DNA of 64,000 nucleotides from Octopus sinensis (Eukaryota), in NCBI RefSeq assembly GCF_006345805.1, contig NC_043003.1, positions 22,010,001 through 22,074,000 on the forward strand, written 5' to 3'. Below are positions 1 to 12,949 of the stretch, one piece after another. The translations under genes were made by a program, and so were the position numbers. The number at the start of each line of letters is the position of its first letter. Position 1 is the stretch's first letter. Under the pieces are notes generated by a model. The model made no database searches. It worked only from the letters and a program-made list of their open reading frames with translations, and was not told where the DNA came from.

Positions 1-340
1 ATTTCAAAAGCTAGATTAATATTTGTTTCAATTTGCTTCACCGATGAAACATCATTCCTACTTCATGGTTGAGTATTCATTAGATATTAAAAAAAATACA
101 ATTATACAAAATGCTTTTCTTTGTAAACATCCCATTTATGCCAACAGAGAAAAACAGATGCAAAAATAACCGCTCTCTTCTCTTTTCTATAGACTTGAAA
201 CATGTAGATAAGTGCAGCTTTGATGATGCAACTATTATCCTAAATTCACTCCTGACGTTTGGTAGTGTATCTATTTCCATAAAATATTCCGTTGTTTGAA
301 CAGAAGTGCAAGAGGTAGCTGATAGCAAATAAAACATATC
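1..340 (-). mobile_element. Possible degenerate DNA-transposase relic (Sola-like)
   Basis: Minus-strand peptide IDTLPNVRSEFRIIVASSKLHLSTCFKS loosely recalls the LPKVxSHYCRxxSxKLYL motif of Sola-type transposases; recognition from memory, short and decayed. Confidence 0.25.
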
Positions 341-783
341 TGGATGTATCAGCTATTTTACTTCTTCAGTTTCACCCCACTCAAGTGTGTGCAATCATGC
401 AGGCGTGTTATTTGAAATTTTTATCATATTAAACATTCTATGCCTGGCTCTAGGAAAAGCATCGGACCATGAAACTACCATTCTAATTAACTGTGCTTGA
501 GTGCACTAAATGTTACTACATCTGCTATATATACTGAACTGCCCTTTTTCAGTACTTGGTGCATTTGGCATGAAGCCAAAAGTAGTTAGGTAGCCCCAAC
601 AGATCCTTGAAAGCAGAGCCAAATTGATATTAAAAAAAATTCAAATAGAATTAAGAGGGGGGAAGGAGTGAGTGTGAGAGAGAAAGAGAGAGAGAAAAGT
701 GGGTGAATTTTTGTTATTTACAAAGCACATTTCACACAGATATGCTTCAAATAGTAATCTATGTATATGCAATTAACTGTCTG

Positions 784-784
<1 letters not shown>

Positions 785-828
<44 letters not shown>

Positions 829-838
829 CTCTCTCTCT
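785..838. repeat. (CA)n(CT)n compound microsatellite
   Basis: Directly visible. Confidence 0.98.
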
Positions 839-1444
839 GATTAAGTTGTAAGATTACTGAGGACTATAAGATCATACCTTACTACAGCATTGCACTGTGT
901 CTCAAGGCAAAATATATTTATTACATTATTCAAACATGATAAAAACAGGTGTCAGTTCTCCTCCATAATTTAATAGAAAGTTGCGTCTTGCAGAAAAAAA
1001 GGAAAAAAAAAAAAAAAAACCCCAACAATATGCAAATGTTCAATTTTTAGATATAAAACAGAAAAAACAACTCCCACTGCAAAACCTAGCCATGCAAACA
1101 CAGGAGGGGTGGTTTTAGATTTTGTGTATGACATAAGTTGGTTGAGTATAAAACATTACTATACACTCAAACTCAATTTTAGTTAGTTATTTTCTTAAAT
1201 CGATTTACATCAATTTTTCCTTGCTTGCAAAAAAGTTGGTGTGATTTGCAGTTGTGAAAGTTTGTATAAAATGGTGCATTGTTTATATATATATATATTT
1301 ATCATTTATTTTTTTTTATTTTTTACTGTTGGATATTTTCTCTAACACCAACTTGCCAAGCTAGACTGAAGTAAATCAATGTAAAATCACAGCTAATTAC
1401 TTGAAGCTGAATTTGAAAATATGATTTTGAAGTTTTCAGTCACT

Positions 1445-1828
1445 AGATGTGGCTGTCTGGTTATGGAGCTGACTTGGCAACCATGTGGTTTCAGGTTCAA
1501 CACTACCCTGCTGCACCATGGGCAAGTAGTGTCTTTTACTATTGTTTCTGACTGACCACTGCCTTGTGAGTAGGTTTGGTAGATGTCAACTGTATAGTAA
1601 TTGGCTGTGTGTGTATACACATGTGTCTCTAGGTCTGTGTTGTCCCTCACTACTGCTTGACACCAGGTGTTGGTTTGTTTACGTCCCTGTAACTTAGCCA
1701 TTCAGCAAAAGATGAGCTGGAATAAATACTAGGCCCAGACTTAAAAATAAGTCTTCAAAACCACTTCAAGTGGTACTCCAGCATGGCTGCAGCCACGTGA
1801 CTGATGTAAGTAAAAAATAAAGATAAAA
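1445..1828 (+). mobile_element. SINE family A (tRNA-derived head, CORE-like ccttgggcaagtgtc motif)
   Basis: Head gtggctgt..ggttcaa, catgggcaagtagtgtc, ggtttgtttacgtccc, tail gcatggctgcag..gactga..gtaaaaaataaag; same architecture as 25088-25451 and 44540-44866. Confidence 0.85.
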
Positions 1829-1876
1829 CACATGCATGCATATTATTAATAGATGATGTGTTAACTGTTATAAATA

Positions 1877-2030
1877 GTTGTTTCGACCCTGGGTCAGTTT
1901 TATTTGAACAGAGCTTTTGATGAAAGGCATTTCAAATGTAACCATTCTCTCTCTTATTATTCAATATATCTTTCCAAGTAGGGTGTGATAGTTCCTATTT
2001 CTAGCAAGGCAAGAGATCATGTAGCCCCTC
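1877..2030 (-). mobile_element. SINE family G 3' part ((AAC)n tail)
   Basis: gttgtttcgaccctgggtcag..tgatgaaaggcattt matches copies at 4040, 46258, 49180 and 57440. Confidence 0.65.
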
Positions 2031-3204
2031 TCCTCTTGACATAGTAGTAGGATACGGTTTATTTGTACTTGGTGCTACTGTTTTTACTTCTCTGGGTGGT
2101 TATCGCATATACTATTGAATTACAAATAAGTATGGTTGTTTTCTCCTTTTCTACAAGACAATTGTGCCCACTCAGAAATTTTCTACCTGTATTCTTCAAA
2201 TATGTGAATGAGCATTTCCTCTATATTTTAAAATAATATCTACCAAATTTATTTTGCTTCATATTTTATGAGTAAACAGTTCTTTAAAAAAAGTTTACAA
2301 TATCACTGTACATTTCTAACTTATTGTATATATATATATGTGTGTGTGTGTGTGCATGCGCTTCTATCTTTCAAACCTCACAGCAATATTATAACACCTG
2401 AGTTTGTTTTGTTGGAGATCAAGTTTCACCCTTTTAGTTGTGTAATGGCTATGTATCTATACAAAACATTTCTATGTTGATTTCCATTTGCAGAATCTTG
2501 CCAGGATTTTATGGAGCTGGAGATGGGAAATAAATTTTAATTGCATGCAGAGAAGTGGTCTGCATGTTGCTGCAAATGTATTAGTGTGTGTGTGTGTGTG
2601 TAAAGAGAGAGAGAGAGAGAGATATCCTTTGCATATTGCATGCAGCACTGCATAACTTATCTTTCTTCTTCCTTATAATATGTACTAGTGGAACTGTTAT
2701 AAATTGCAAAGCTATTCAGTTTGGGAATCAATAGTGTTTGTTCCTTACTGTTATTCCTAGTTCTTTTATTAAAATCCAATTCCTTAGTTTGGTTAAATTC
2801 TTTAGTGTTTTGAAATCTTATAATGTTAGCTAATGGAAATTTTTTTTTTTATAGCAGAGAGAAAAAAATATCACTTAAAAATAATTTTTTTTTTAAAGCA
2901 TTTCATTGGTTTTTGGAAGAGTAATTACCTATTAAATTATGTAGTTGTATCCAGATTTTTGTATAATAAAGGGCTTAATATATGAGCCATGAGATTGCAA
3001 GCTATTCAATTCTATTGTTGTCAGCAGGTATCAATGCTGAAATTTTAGGCTGTAGCAGAAAGTGGCTTACCTGAATAGTAATACTGTTTTGTCTGCCACT
3101 AACTGATCATGACAGATTACTAAACTTATGAATGTGTATAGCTTGTGTGTGTGTGTGTGTGTGTGTGAACATTAAATTACTGGAGCACCAAATCTTTGAA
3201 AGAA

Positions 3205-3660
3205 TTAACTGCTTTGGCTTCTGTAGTCTTGGGTTCAGTCTCGCTGCACAGCACCTTGGGCAAGTGTCTTCTACACTACAGCCCTGTACTGACCAAAGCC
3301 TTGTGCTGTGTGGTTAAGAAGTTAGCTTCCCAATATGTGATCTTAGGTTCAGTCCCACTGCACGGCACCTTGGACATGTACCTTCTTTCTATTATAGTCT
3401 CTGGGCTAACCAGTGCCAGTTGGAAACTGAAAGAAACCCATTATGTGTATGTGTGTTCTCCACTACTGCTTGGCAACTAGTGTTGGTTTGTGTATGTCCC
3501 TATGACTTAGTAGTTCAGCAACATAGACTGACAATAAGTACCAAGCTTTAAAAAAAAAAAACCAAAGAAAAGTACTGGAGTCTATTTGTTCAAGTAAACC
3601 CTTCAAGGCTGTACTCAGCATGTCTACAGTTGAGTGACTGAAACAAATAAACAACAAAAA
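3205..3660 (+). mobile_element. SINE family A with duplicated head
   Basis: Two successive ggttcagtc..gcaccttgg..gtgtc modules (about 3230 and 3345) followed by one body and a gactgaaacaaataaac tail. Confidence 0.8.
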
Positions 3661-4039
3661 ATAATCAAAAAATTATTTTTTCGTTATTACTACACAAGCA
3701 TTTCACAGATAAATATGTAATAAATTCATTTGATTTATCAATTTGATTGTCTTTGGTAACCAGTACTGATTTAGTGACTCACTAGTTGCTAATTTCTAAT
3801 GTCTGAACTGACTCTTAAGGCATGGACTATTATTTTTACCGTTCTTCAGCTTTGTTTTAAATTTCAGTGTTTTAGTGGGCGAACGAACAAGTTGCTTCAG
3901 ATTGATTAGTAATAAAAGAAACGGAGCTGTACTCTACTGATGTAATATACATTAGCAAAACAAGTCATTGCTCTTTTTATGCTGGTTTTATACACAAGGT
4001 AATGGCTGTAATTAGGAAGCTAACAGTAAGCCCAATAGT

Positions 4040-4125
4040 TTGTTGTTGTTCAACCCAGGTCAGCCTTGATGAAGTAAATCTATAATCAGAGCTTTTCTTC
4101 ATGACCATCATCATATATACTAGCA
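4040..4125 (-). mobile_element. SINE family G fragment
   Basis: gttgttgttcaacccaggtcagccttgatg. Confidence 0.55.
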
Positions 4126-5293
4126 TTAATTTTTTTCTTTCTGAGCTCTATACACTTTAACTGTATGTGTGTGCAGGGCTGGGTTGTAGGGAGCTTGAGT
4201 AATAATCTGACCCACTCCATACAGCTCCTACATATATACTCAGCTAAAAGACAACACTCTATGTCAAAATCACTGTTCTTCCTTCTGCTGAGGATAAGCA
4301 CAGATGCCCGTTCAACTGCAAAATGACAGTTTCGTTTATATCGTGAGAAATTTAACTTCTTTGTGCTTCAATGGCAACAACAAAACTGCAGATGTCAAGG
4401 CAGATTGTGCAACAAATCGTATGAAACATGCTCGAAATATTTCGTATGACCCAAGATAGTGATCTAGTTGTTAGATTTATTGATTATTGTATTTGCTACC
4501 TCCAAGTATTTTGGTCTGTCTGGGAATTAAAAAAAAAAAATGACTTGAGTTGCTTGGCCGCTCAAACCAAAATTTTTATGAGCCCCCACCCCTCTCCATA
4601 GATTGTTTATTGCAACAATTTTTTGTATTAATTCATTGAGATGTTAAATTAAATTTTTGTTTAAAATTATGAAAGAGCACCAAATCTCTTTCTAAGATTT
4701 AGGCAAGCTTCTTTTCCTGTATGTAATTTTTTTTTTGTTTGTTTTTGTTATGACTGCAGTATTCTGAACATCAGTGACAATTGTTAATCAGTTTTCTACC
4801 CATAGGACATCAAATTATTTAAAACCTCAGCTGATCTTTTGGCTCTCTTTCTGTTAATGACCACAGGAGATGTGGGAAAATATTGTCAGCTCTGCCCCCA
4901 TTCACTTCCATTTTGAGATTTTGCCAGACAAAAGTTATGCCATCTGGCATTCAGAATGTTTCATTTTGAATTTTCATTTGTGTCTTTCTCTCTTCTATTT
5001 TCATTTTGATGGCTTCTGCTCTCTGAACTCCATTTTCCATTTATGGCTACTGCATCCATCTTGCCATTTAAGTTGTCCTTTTTTTCCCTTCTCAAATGTT
5101 CATGTACAATATGCCTTCTCAATTTGTAAAATTAAAGATTAAAGGTGTGCATTACACGCAACACAGTGTTATTCATTTTTTACCCCAAAACAAATGTTGG
5201 GCATATTTAGAGCAGCATGATTCAATCTATTGCCTGAGCAATAATGATGACTTTCAATCAATATAATAATGTTTTTCTATGCTTGTGATAATG

Positions 5294-5295
<2 letters not shown>

Positions 5296-5333
<38 letters not shown>
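5296..5333. repeat. (TA)n microsatellite
   Basis: Directly visible. Confidence 0.97.
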
Positions 5334-5336
<3 letters not shown>

Positions 5337-5707
5337 TAGATAAGTTAGTGTTTTACTCAAAGGGCATAAAAAACATGCCAGCAACTTACCTACTAAACTT
5401 TACTCTGGACTTGAAATTCACAACACCCTCTTGCACACACACACATCCACCCAGACCAGTAGCAAATGATTTTGTGTATAATAGGAAAGGTTGAATGTTG
5501 CACTCAACTACACGGTCTGTAAACATAGATTGTTGATGTCACATGTGAAAGTAAACATGACAAACATATGCAGAAAAGCAAAAGCATCTGTGATGATATG
5601 CATGTTGCTTCACTGATATCTGTCTAAACATTTTGCCTGTACATGCACAGGATTGTTGACAGAAGTTTCAAAGAAATTTATTGCATTTCTGAAAGCAAAA
5701 GGTGGCT

Positions 5708-6120
5708 ATGAGCAATAAAGGTTACGAGGCTGGTTTTAAGTTAGATGTTATTGAGTATGCTGAAGAGTATGAAAATTGTAGTGCTGAGAGAAATTTTGTG
5801 TGTCAGAAAAATTAGCGAGTGACTGGCGGAAACAAAAAGCACCACTTAAAATGCCAAAAACAAAGCTGTCTCTTCTATAAGAGAAATTGGGGAAAGATTT
5901 ATATACTTGTGCATGTGAATTAACCACAAATGGACTTGTCACTCTCATGGCTATTAGAAGAAAATTTTTTAGACAGCTTGCTCCTGTCCATGGATAGCTG
6001 TAAGCTCTCCATGGATATGGGTAAATATTATTTCACCTAAATGATCTGTTCATAAATGTTGTACACCATCCAACTCAAGGTGGGTGAAGATTCATGAACA
6101 GAAATGGGCTCACATTACAT
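5708..6120 (+). mobile_element. pogo-family transposase relic (Brinker-type DBD plus CENP-B-type HTH)
   Basis: From ATG 5708: MSNKGYEAGFKLDVIEYAEEYENCSAERNF, then after a frameshift VSEKLASDWRKQKAPLKMPKTK; near 6090 RFMNRNGLTL. These are typical pogo/POGK N-terminal motifs. Confidence 0.75.
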
Positions 6121-6584
6121 TAGTGAACCAGTTATGGTGATTTACTCATGGAGCGATTGTGTAGATATATGTTTAGTAAAGTTCGTTAAAATCAGTTTTC
6201 TAAATGTTTATTTCATTCTCATGAATTTATATCATGATAGCTATTTATTCATTCTTATGAAATTATGCAAACTCATGAATTTGTATGAGCATGGCTTTTA
6301 TGTATGTAAAACAAATATAGGCAGTTCTTGATCAGCTAACTTTAAGGTGCTGCATAATTGTCAGCCAACCAGGAGTGGAAATTTACAGGCACTGAGTGGT
6401 CTCTTTGTTCTGGGCATAGAAATGTGTTGCTATGATATCTTTAATTCTGAACCTACTACACTCTATTGGTAATAATTGAAACTAAGCAAAATTGCAAACA
6501 GTACTTATAAAAAGCAACATGCAACTTATATATAGGACAAAGGTGTATGAATTGTCTACTAGTGTGATTCAAACATATGTATAT

Positions 6585-7230
6585 AGGCATGGCTGTGTTA
6601 AGAAGTTTGCTGCTGAACTACATGGTTCCATGTTCAGTCCCACCCTAAGGCACATTGGGTAAGTGTCTTCAACTATTGCCCATACCAATCAAAACTTTGC
6701 AAGTGAATTTGGTACATGGAAATTGAAATGAGTTGATTGAGTATGTGTGTTTGTACATTTGAGTTTGTGTCCCCTTAGTTTGACATTTCATATAGTTGTA
6801 AATAATTGTCATTGTCATACCAGCAAGCAGTGGCATTCATCATCATCATCATGGTTTGGACGGTTCGACTGGGGTCTGGGAAGCCAGGAGGCTGCTCCAG
6901 TCTGATCTGGCAGTGTTTCTAAAGCTGGATGCCCTTCCCAATGCCAACCACTCCGTGAATGTAGTGGGTGCTTTTTACGTACCACCGGCACAGGTGCCAA
7001 GGGAGGCTGGTAGTGTCCACGATTGGTTGGTGCTTTTTACGTGCCACCGGCACAGAAGCCAGTCAAGGCGGCACTGGCATCGGCCCATGTTTGGCCATGG
7101 GTAACTATTACCTTTCTTGGAAACAGGTGAGTGCTGGCTATAGGAAGAGCACGTAGCTGTTGAATATCTGCCTATTAAACTCTGTCCAATCCATGCAAGT
7201 ATGGAAAAGTAGACATTAAAATGAAATAAG
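6585..7230 (+). mobile_element. SINE family C (A-type head, B-like tail) interrupted by a family B copy
   Basis: Head ggcatggctgtg..gttcagtccca; resumes after 7085 with ttacctttcttggaaacaggtgag..atccatgcaagtatggaaaagtagacattaaaatga. Confidence 0.75.
6836..7085 (-). mobile_element. SINE family B ((GAT)n tail), nested
   Basis: (cat)n..tttggacggttcgactggggtctgggaagccag..ggatgcccttcccaatgccaaccactccg; CpG-retaining, young. Confidence 0.9.
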
Positions 7231-9261
7231 AGGAAAAAAATAGTGCATATTAAAAGTCCATTTGTATTTCATATGTATGCTTACATGGGAGATTAAATCA
7301 AGTCTCCAAGCTAAATACAGCAAAATTTTGCTCATTGAATATGAATAAAAATCAGAAAATAAAATTTACATTGGTTAGCAATGAAATACAATTTTTATTT
7401 ATTTACTTATTTATTTAGATAGAAGTCGTACTCTACATTCCGTGTCAACACAGTGTATGTCCCCTGACATTTCTTATGAAAGACTTGATGAATTGGTTTA
7501 AATCTTAAAAAAATTTTTTTTTTTAATTTTCTGAATACTGAAAAAAGTTCATTTCAATGTAAGATACTGATTAAAAAATTTTTTTTCTTTTTTTGGAACC
7601 AAAAATCTAAAGCTAGTTTTTTTTATTTTTTTTTATTTTAAAAAAAGCACAATAAAATCACTGAGGGGAGGTTTTAAAAGATTCCTGTTTAAGCAATAAA
7701 TATTTTGTTCTGTGACAACATGACCATGAATGCTTCATTGTGCAAACTGAATGGTAAAATTGAGTATAAACTTAAAAGTACAATGTCAAAATCAGATTGA
7801 TTACAAGAAAACTTGTTCATGTGATTTCTGTAATGTTGATTTTATAGTAGGTGCACTTTTATAGCTCACATTGGTAAAAGTTCAAAGGTCACTTCCAAAT
7901 TTATTTTCATTTAGGAAGTGTGAACTTTTCGAGTGTATTTTATATTGCAATTATAATAAATCAGGCTAAACACTCCTTTGTTCCATGCACAATACTAAAG
8001 AAAAGTCAGTGTGTATTGTACATCAGTTGTTTTTCTGGGACTTCATTGTCCATAATTAGGGTGTACATTATATTGTAATATAAGCCAATGAAATAAAGGA
8101 ATTAAATTCCCTTTCAGCTCTTTATTAAAATAGGAGTTTGTACTGAAGTTAGTGGGGGACAGGGGAAAGGGTAGTTTAAAGTGGGTTATAAAGCCATTAG
8201 AATTAGAATTTTAACAGGTAATACATACAGGATTAAGGGAAGAAACCAAACTTTATTAAAAAGTACAATGTGTATTTGTTTTAATGCATTTGCTTTCTGT
8301 GGTGACTGTCATTAGCTTATCTAATTCACAGTTTTCACCAAAGCTCTGGGATAGAAGGTAGCATTACAGAATTATTTTTTCTCCTCTGTGAATGTGATGT
8401 TTGGAACTTTCATACCTTGCCTAAAAGAAATCACTATTGTGTGTTTATATTATTACTGTAACTCATAGTCAGAAAATTTACTGCGGATATCGAGTAAAGT
8501 TCTTGTGCAGTGTTATACATCACTCACTGTGGTTAGTTACTTTAGAATTTAGTATTCTATCCATTTCAGAATAGTATTATGGTGTTTGTGTAGAGAAAGG
8601 TCATAAAAACACACTGAGAATCCACTCCAGCTAAGTATTCCACTGTGTGTGTGTGTGTGAGAGAGAGAGAGATTTGGTAAATGGTAGATAAACACTTTTC
8701 ATGAAGATTTAAAAGAAATCTTCATACTGTGTTCATTGTATTATGGGCAAAGCATAGTAAATTCTCCTCTAAAAGAAAAGACAATGTGAATCACAGACCA
8801 TAACATAAATAGCAACTACTCATGACGTGACATTGATAAAAATCAAGATCCATTTAAATAAGAATTATTGAAATGAATGCCTACTTAAAAAATAACAGCT
8901 GTAGAATGATATTTTATGTGCTCATTTAATTTCTTTGATGTTGATTGTGAAGTTCTTTGATGTGAGCCATATGTACTGTACTTAACTGAATTATTTCTTC
9001 AAGAATCTATTTTCAGAGATGTTTTAAAAGATTTTGTGTGTTATAAATGTCATTCCTTTTACATGACTGTAATATTGGGAGTGCAAGATGATTGATTATC
9101 TTTATAACTTCACATTTTGATTGGCTAGATACTAGGTTAACTATTTTTAATAGCTGCTTGAGAACCTTAATATTAGTTGATAACTTGCCTTTGGCTAAAC
9201 AAGGCAGGTAAAAAGAACCTTAACCCTCTCCCTCCTAAGTAAAATTCTATTTATAAAATTT

Positions 9262-9459
9262 GGCTCTGTGGTAAGAATTTTGCTTCCCAGTTGCATGGTT
9301 CAGAGTTCAAGCCTAACTGCTTGGTACCTTCTACTATAGCCCTGAACCAATCAAAGTTTTGTCAGTGGATTTGGTAAATGGAAACTGAAAGAAGTCATAG
9401 CACCTTGGGCAAGTGTCTTCCACTGTAGCCTTGCACCAACCAAAGCCCAAAAGAAGCTC

Positions 9460-9501
<42 letters not shown>

Positions 9502-9681
9502 TTTCACTACCTTTTGACAGCCAGTGTTGGTTTGTTTATGTCCTTGTAACTTAGCAATTTGTCCGTAAGATACTAATAGAATAAGTACCAGACTAAAAAA
9601 AAAATAATCCTGGAGTCACTTCAAGATAATGCCCCACCATGGCCACAGCCCAGTGACTGAAACACATAAAAGGTAAAAGGG
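9262..9681 (+). mobile_element. SINE family A with internal duplication and (GT)n
   Basis: ctgtggtaagaa head, repeated ctactatagcc..accaa..aaag segment, tail gactgaaacacataaaaggtaaaag. Confidence 0.8.
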
Positions 9682-10244
9682 AAAAGGAGAGAGGAGTTAG
9701 TGCAAAATGAAATCCAAATGATTTGCACAAAAAACATCTTTCCTAATCCTGTTTTGTTGTTATAAATTTGATCTGTCCTTGAGAAAAGTTTTATCTGGTT
9801 ACTCTGTACACAACATTTATTATACCATTTCTATAAATAGATCAAGATTTCTGGAGCCATGGATGTTATTAAAACTATCTGAAATAGCCATTGACAAAGA
9901 TTAAGTTCTTTTGAATGATACCTGTGTCAGTTAATCTATTTCTTTTAATACTGTTATCACTACCACTGTCACTGTCAATAGCTTTATAACACTTGACATC
10001 ATATCTGCATATAGGCTAGGATAGTTTAGTGTGATTCTGAAACTGAAGCATTTCAGAATTTTGCTTGTGAATCTAGATTTTTTTCTAACAGCCATATTAA
10101 AATGAAAGTATGTATATTCTAAAATCAATCTTTCCGGGTTAAAAATCCATTTATAGTCATTAGTTTTAGTTTTACTCAGTGTGAAACCTGTTAATCCATC
10201 TTCTATATGGATTATTATTTGAAAGGTCTGCCAAAGTCATTATC

Positions 10245-10490
10245 ATCATCATCATCATCATCATCTAGAGCTTGGGCAACTTGGCGGTTACTAATTCTAC
10301 TCTTGAAGATTAACCCCCTCAACAAGGTACAAGCCCATCAGAAGAATTACGTCCCCAAGCTACTGCTCTTTATTTTCAGCAAAGTGGACTGGAGTAGTGT
10401 GAAATGACACAATGTGCTGCCCAGTTCAGGAATGAAAGTCATGACCTTAAGATTTTGAGCATAACATCCTAGTTACTATACTGTGCACCT
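10245..10490 (-). mobile_element. Degenerate SINE (family F)
   Basis: (tca)n followed by gtggactggagtagtgtgaaatg..tgctgcccag, the reverse of a CORE-like/tRNA head. Confidence 0.45.
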
Positions 10491-12001
10491 TAACTAATGT
10501 GGACTTTGTGAGGATAAAAGACACATCAAAAACTGTAGGCATAAAGATGGTGTACAATTAGGTACATCAGTGTTATCCTATGTTCTCAGCATTTCTCCCA
10601 GTTAAGTTATTTTTAACTTCATTACAAAATCTACTTCAATTTCTGTCAGACTTGGTTTGGACAAATTATTTGAAATTTGTATTGATTGATGACTATTCAG
10701 TTGAGATTTTTTCAACGATCCATTTGTAGGAATTTTGTTGTTGTTTTGGCAGTCGGCCTATACTAGCCTTTTTCACAGTCCTGCTGTGGCCAGAAGTAGT
10801 AGGAGTAGTAATAATGTTGCTGTTTATTTACTTATTCATTATCAATGCCCATTATCTTATTGGTGCAGATTGTAAGTGTATACAAAGCATAGGTCTGCAT
10901 CTATTAACTGTTGAATATATATATTCAGGTATAATGATTGTCGTATATGGAAATTTACTTGTAGACAACCTTTTCTATTGGATATGATTATCTGCTAGTC
11001 TCGCTATGATAGCTTAAGCTTGTATGCATGTTTGTATGCATAAATGTGTAGATTTGTCGCAATACGAACAAGAGAATATTAAAACAGATTTTTAAAGAGA
11101 ACTTTTATAATCAGTAATGTTTTTGCTGTTGCCAAAGATATTAAACTTATATATATATATATGAAACCATATTACATCACGTTTTCATAGCATCACAGTC
11201 ATCACTCTTGTGCATTACATCTGTATATAATACGTATGTGTAAAATTGTAGCCAATGAGTAGATTTCTTCAGTTCTTTAAGGTCAGAAAATATTTCAGTT
11301 TTGTTTGATTCAACCCATGTATCTGAAACAATACTACTGTTACACATAGAACTAAGCTGCCCGCCCCAAAAAAGAAAAAAACAACAACTGGGAACCATCT
11401 AGCTAATTGTTAAAGATTTGTTCACCAACAAAGTACAACCAATAGCTTAGTTATTCTACAGTTCTCCTTGTCTTTTTTGTTGCTCCATCAGTAACTATCT
11501 CAGCTGAAGCCCACATGTTATACTTTCCTTTCTTTCATCTCAATTTTGTCACGTCTTGAAATATTTTGCTCTGTTTTTCTTCCAAGAATCGCAGTCTCCT
11601 GAAGGCATAATTTCCTACTTATGCTTTTACATACATATAGCAAAGAAGGAAAAATATTACATGAATATCTACTACAACATGGGAAGGTCTTTAAAGTTTA
11701 GGGAATGCTTCACCTGCTTAATAGAAATCAAAAAGCAAAAGAAGCCAGTTTGGTCAGTTTGCTGTGAAGTAGGTTATGTTGGTTTAAGTCTCATACGATT
11801 AGGAGCAAATAATTTTCTTAGTAGCTGAAAATGATGTCAGGATTGTCCCATGAAATACTTATCACCTGTAAATGATTGCTATGATATCTAAAACAAACAA
11901 AAACAGTAATGCTAAGATGCTAGATTGGAAACCCATAACTACCATATAATTCTCCACTCTTTCCTGTTAACTTTGTTGAAATGACTACATTTTTTAATTA
12001 A

Positions 12002-12214
12002 CCCTTTAAAATTCAAATTCTGTCAAAAGTAATGCTTATTTATTCACATTTTTTTCTATAAATCCTGCACTATCTTGTAACTTTGAGATTTTGATGTGGC
12101 AACTGCTTTTTATGGTGATAAAGTAGTGTTTCTTTAAGGGGTAGATTTAGCTAGTTTGAACACAAAACAAGTAGAATATTTTGGCTGGATATGGCTGGAT
12201 TAAATGCTAAAGGG
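12002..12214. mobile_element. piggyBac-type MITE family P1
   Basis: TTAA|CCCTTTA...TAAAGGG|TTAA; internal sequence shared with 33190-33401 and 54991-55208. Confidence 0.85.
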
Positions 12215-12949
12215 TTAATTGTTAAACTATTGGGCACGAGCAAAGACAGCCTGTTCCAATTAGATTAACAGCATATGAACCCATTCTTTTTTAACTTCTT
12301 TGACGAAGGGCCTGAGTCAGAAATGTTGGTATTTTTCTTTTCCTCGTGGTCACTATTTTTATTTTTACTTCTTTGCTTTTGGATTACTTGTTGCTGACGC
12401 AGTTCTGCACCAGACTCTTCTGGTTTTGAATTTTACGATGTTCTATAATAATCCCTGGCACCATGCAGACCATGTAATTGTTTGTTGCCAAGAGAACTTT
12501 AAAAGAAATGTAAAATACTTAGACCATTGTGTGTTTACATACATCTAGATAAAGCTCATTGTTTTGCTAGCATCAATCTAACTAGCTTATTATAAGTACC
12601 ATTTACTTAATGGTTGGAAGGAAAGAAGGACAGCTGCACTAACAGTTTTACACTTTACCAAATTAACAAAAGTCATCCTATACTCAAATGGAAAAAAAGA
12701 AAAAGAAAAAAAATCATTGGCATAAAGACACGAATTGTAAAGAAATGGTATTATAAGTGATTGGATTGATGTGCTTGATATTTTATTGAATCTTCAGGGC
12801 ACTGGAAGGTTGACACTAGTGGAATATTATTAAGTATTGAAAAGCATTTAATCTGATGCACTCCATTATACTACCACTACTACTATTACTACTGATGATG
12901 ATGGTGGCAGTGCCAACTGCTGTTTCTACTGATATAAAACCAAAGACAC

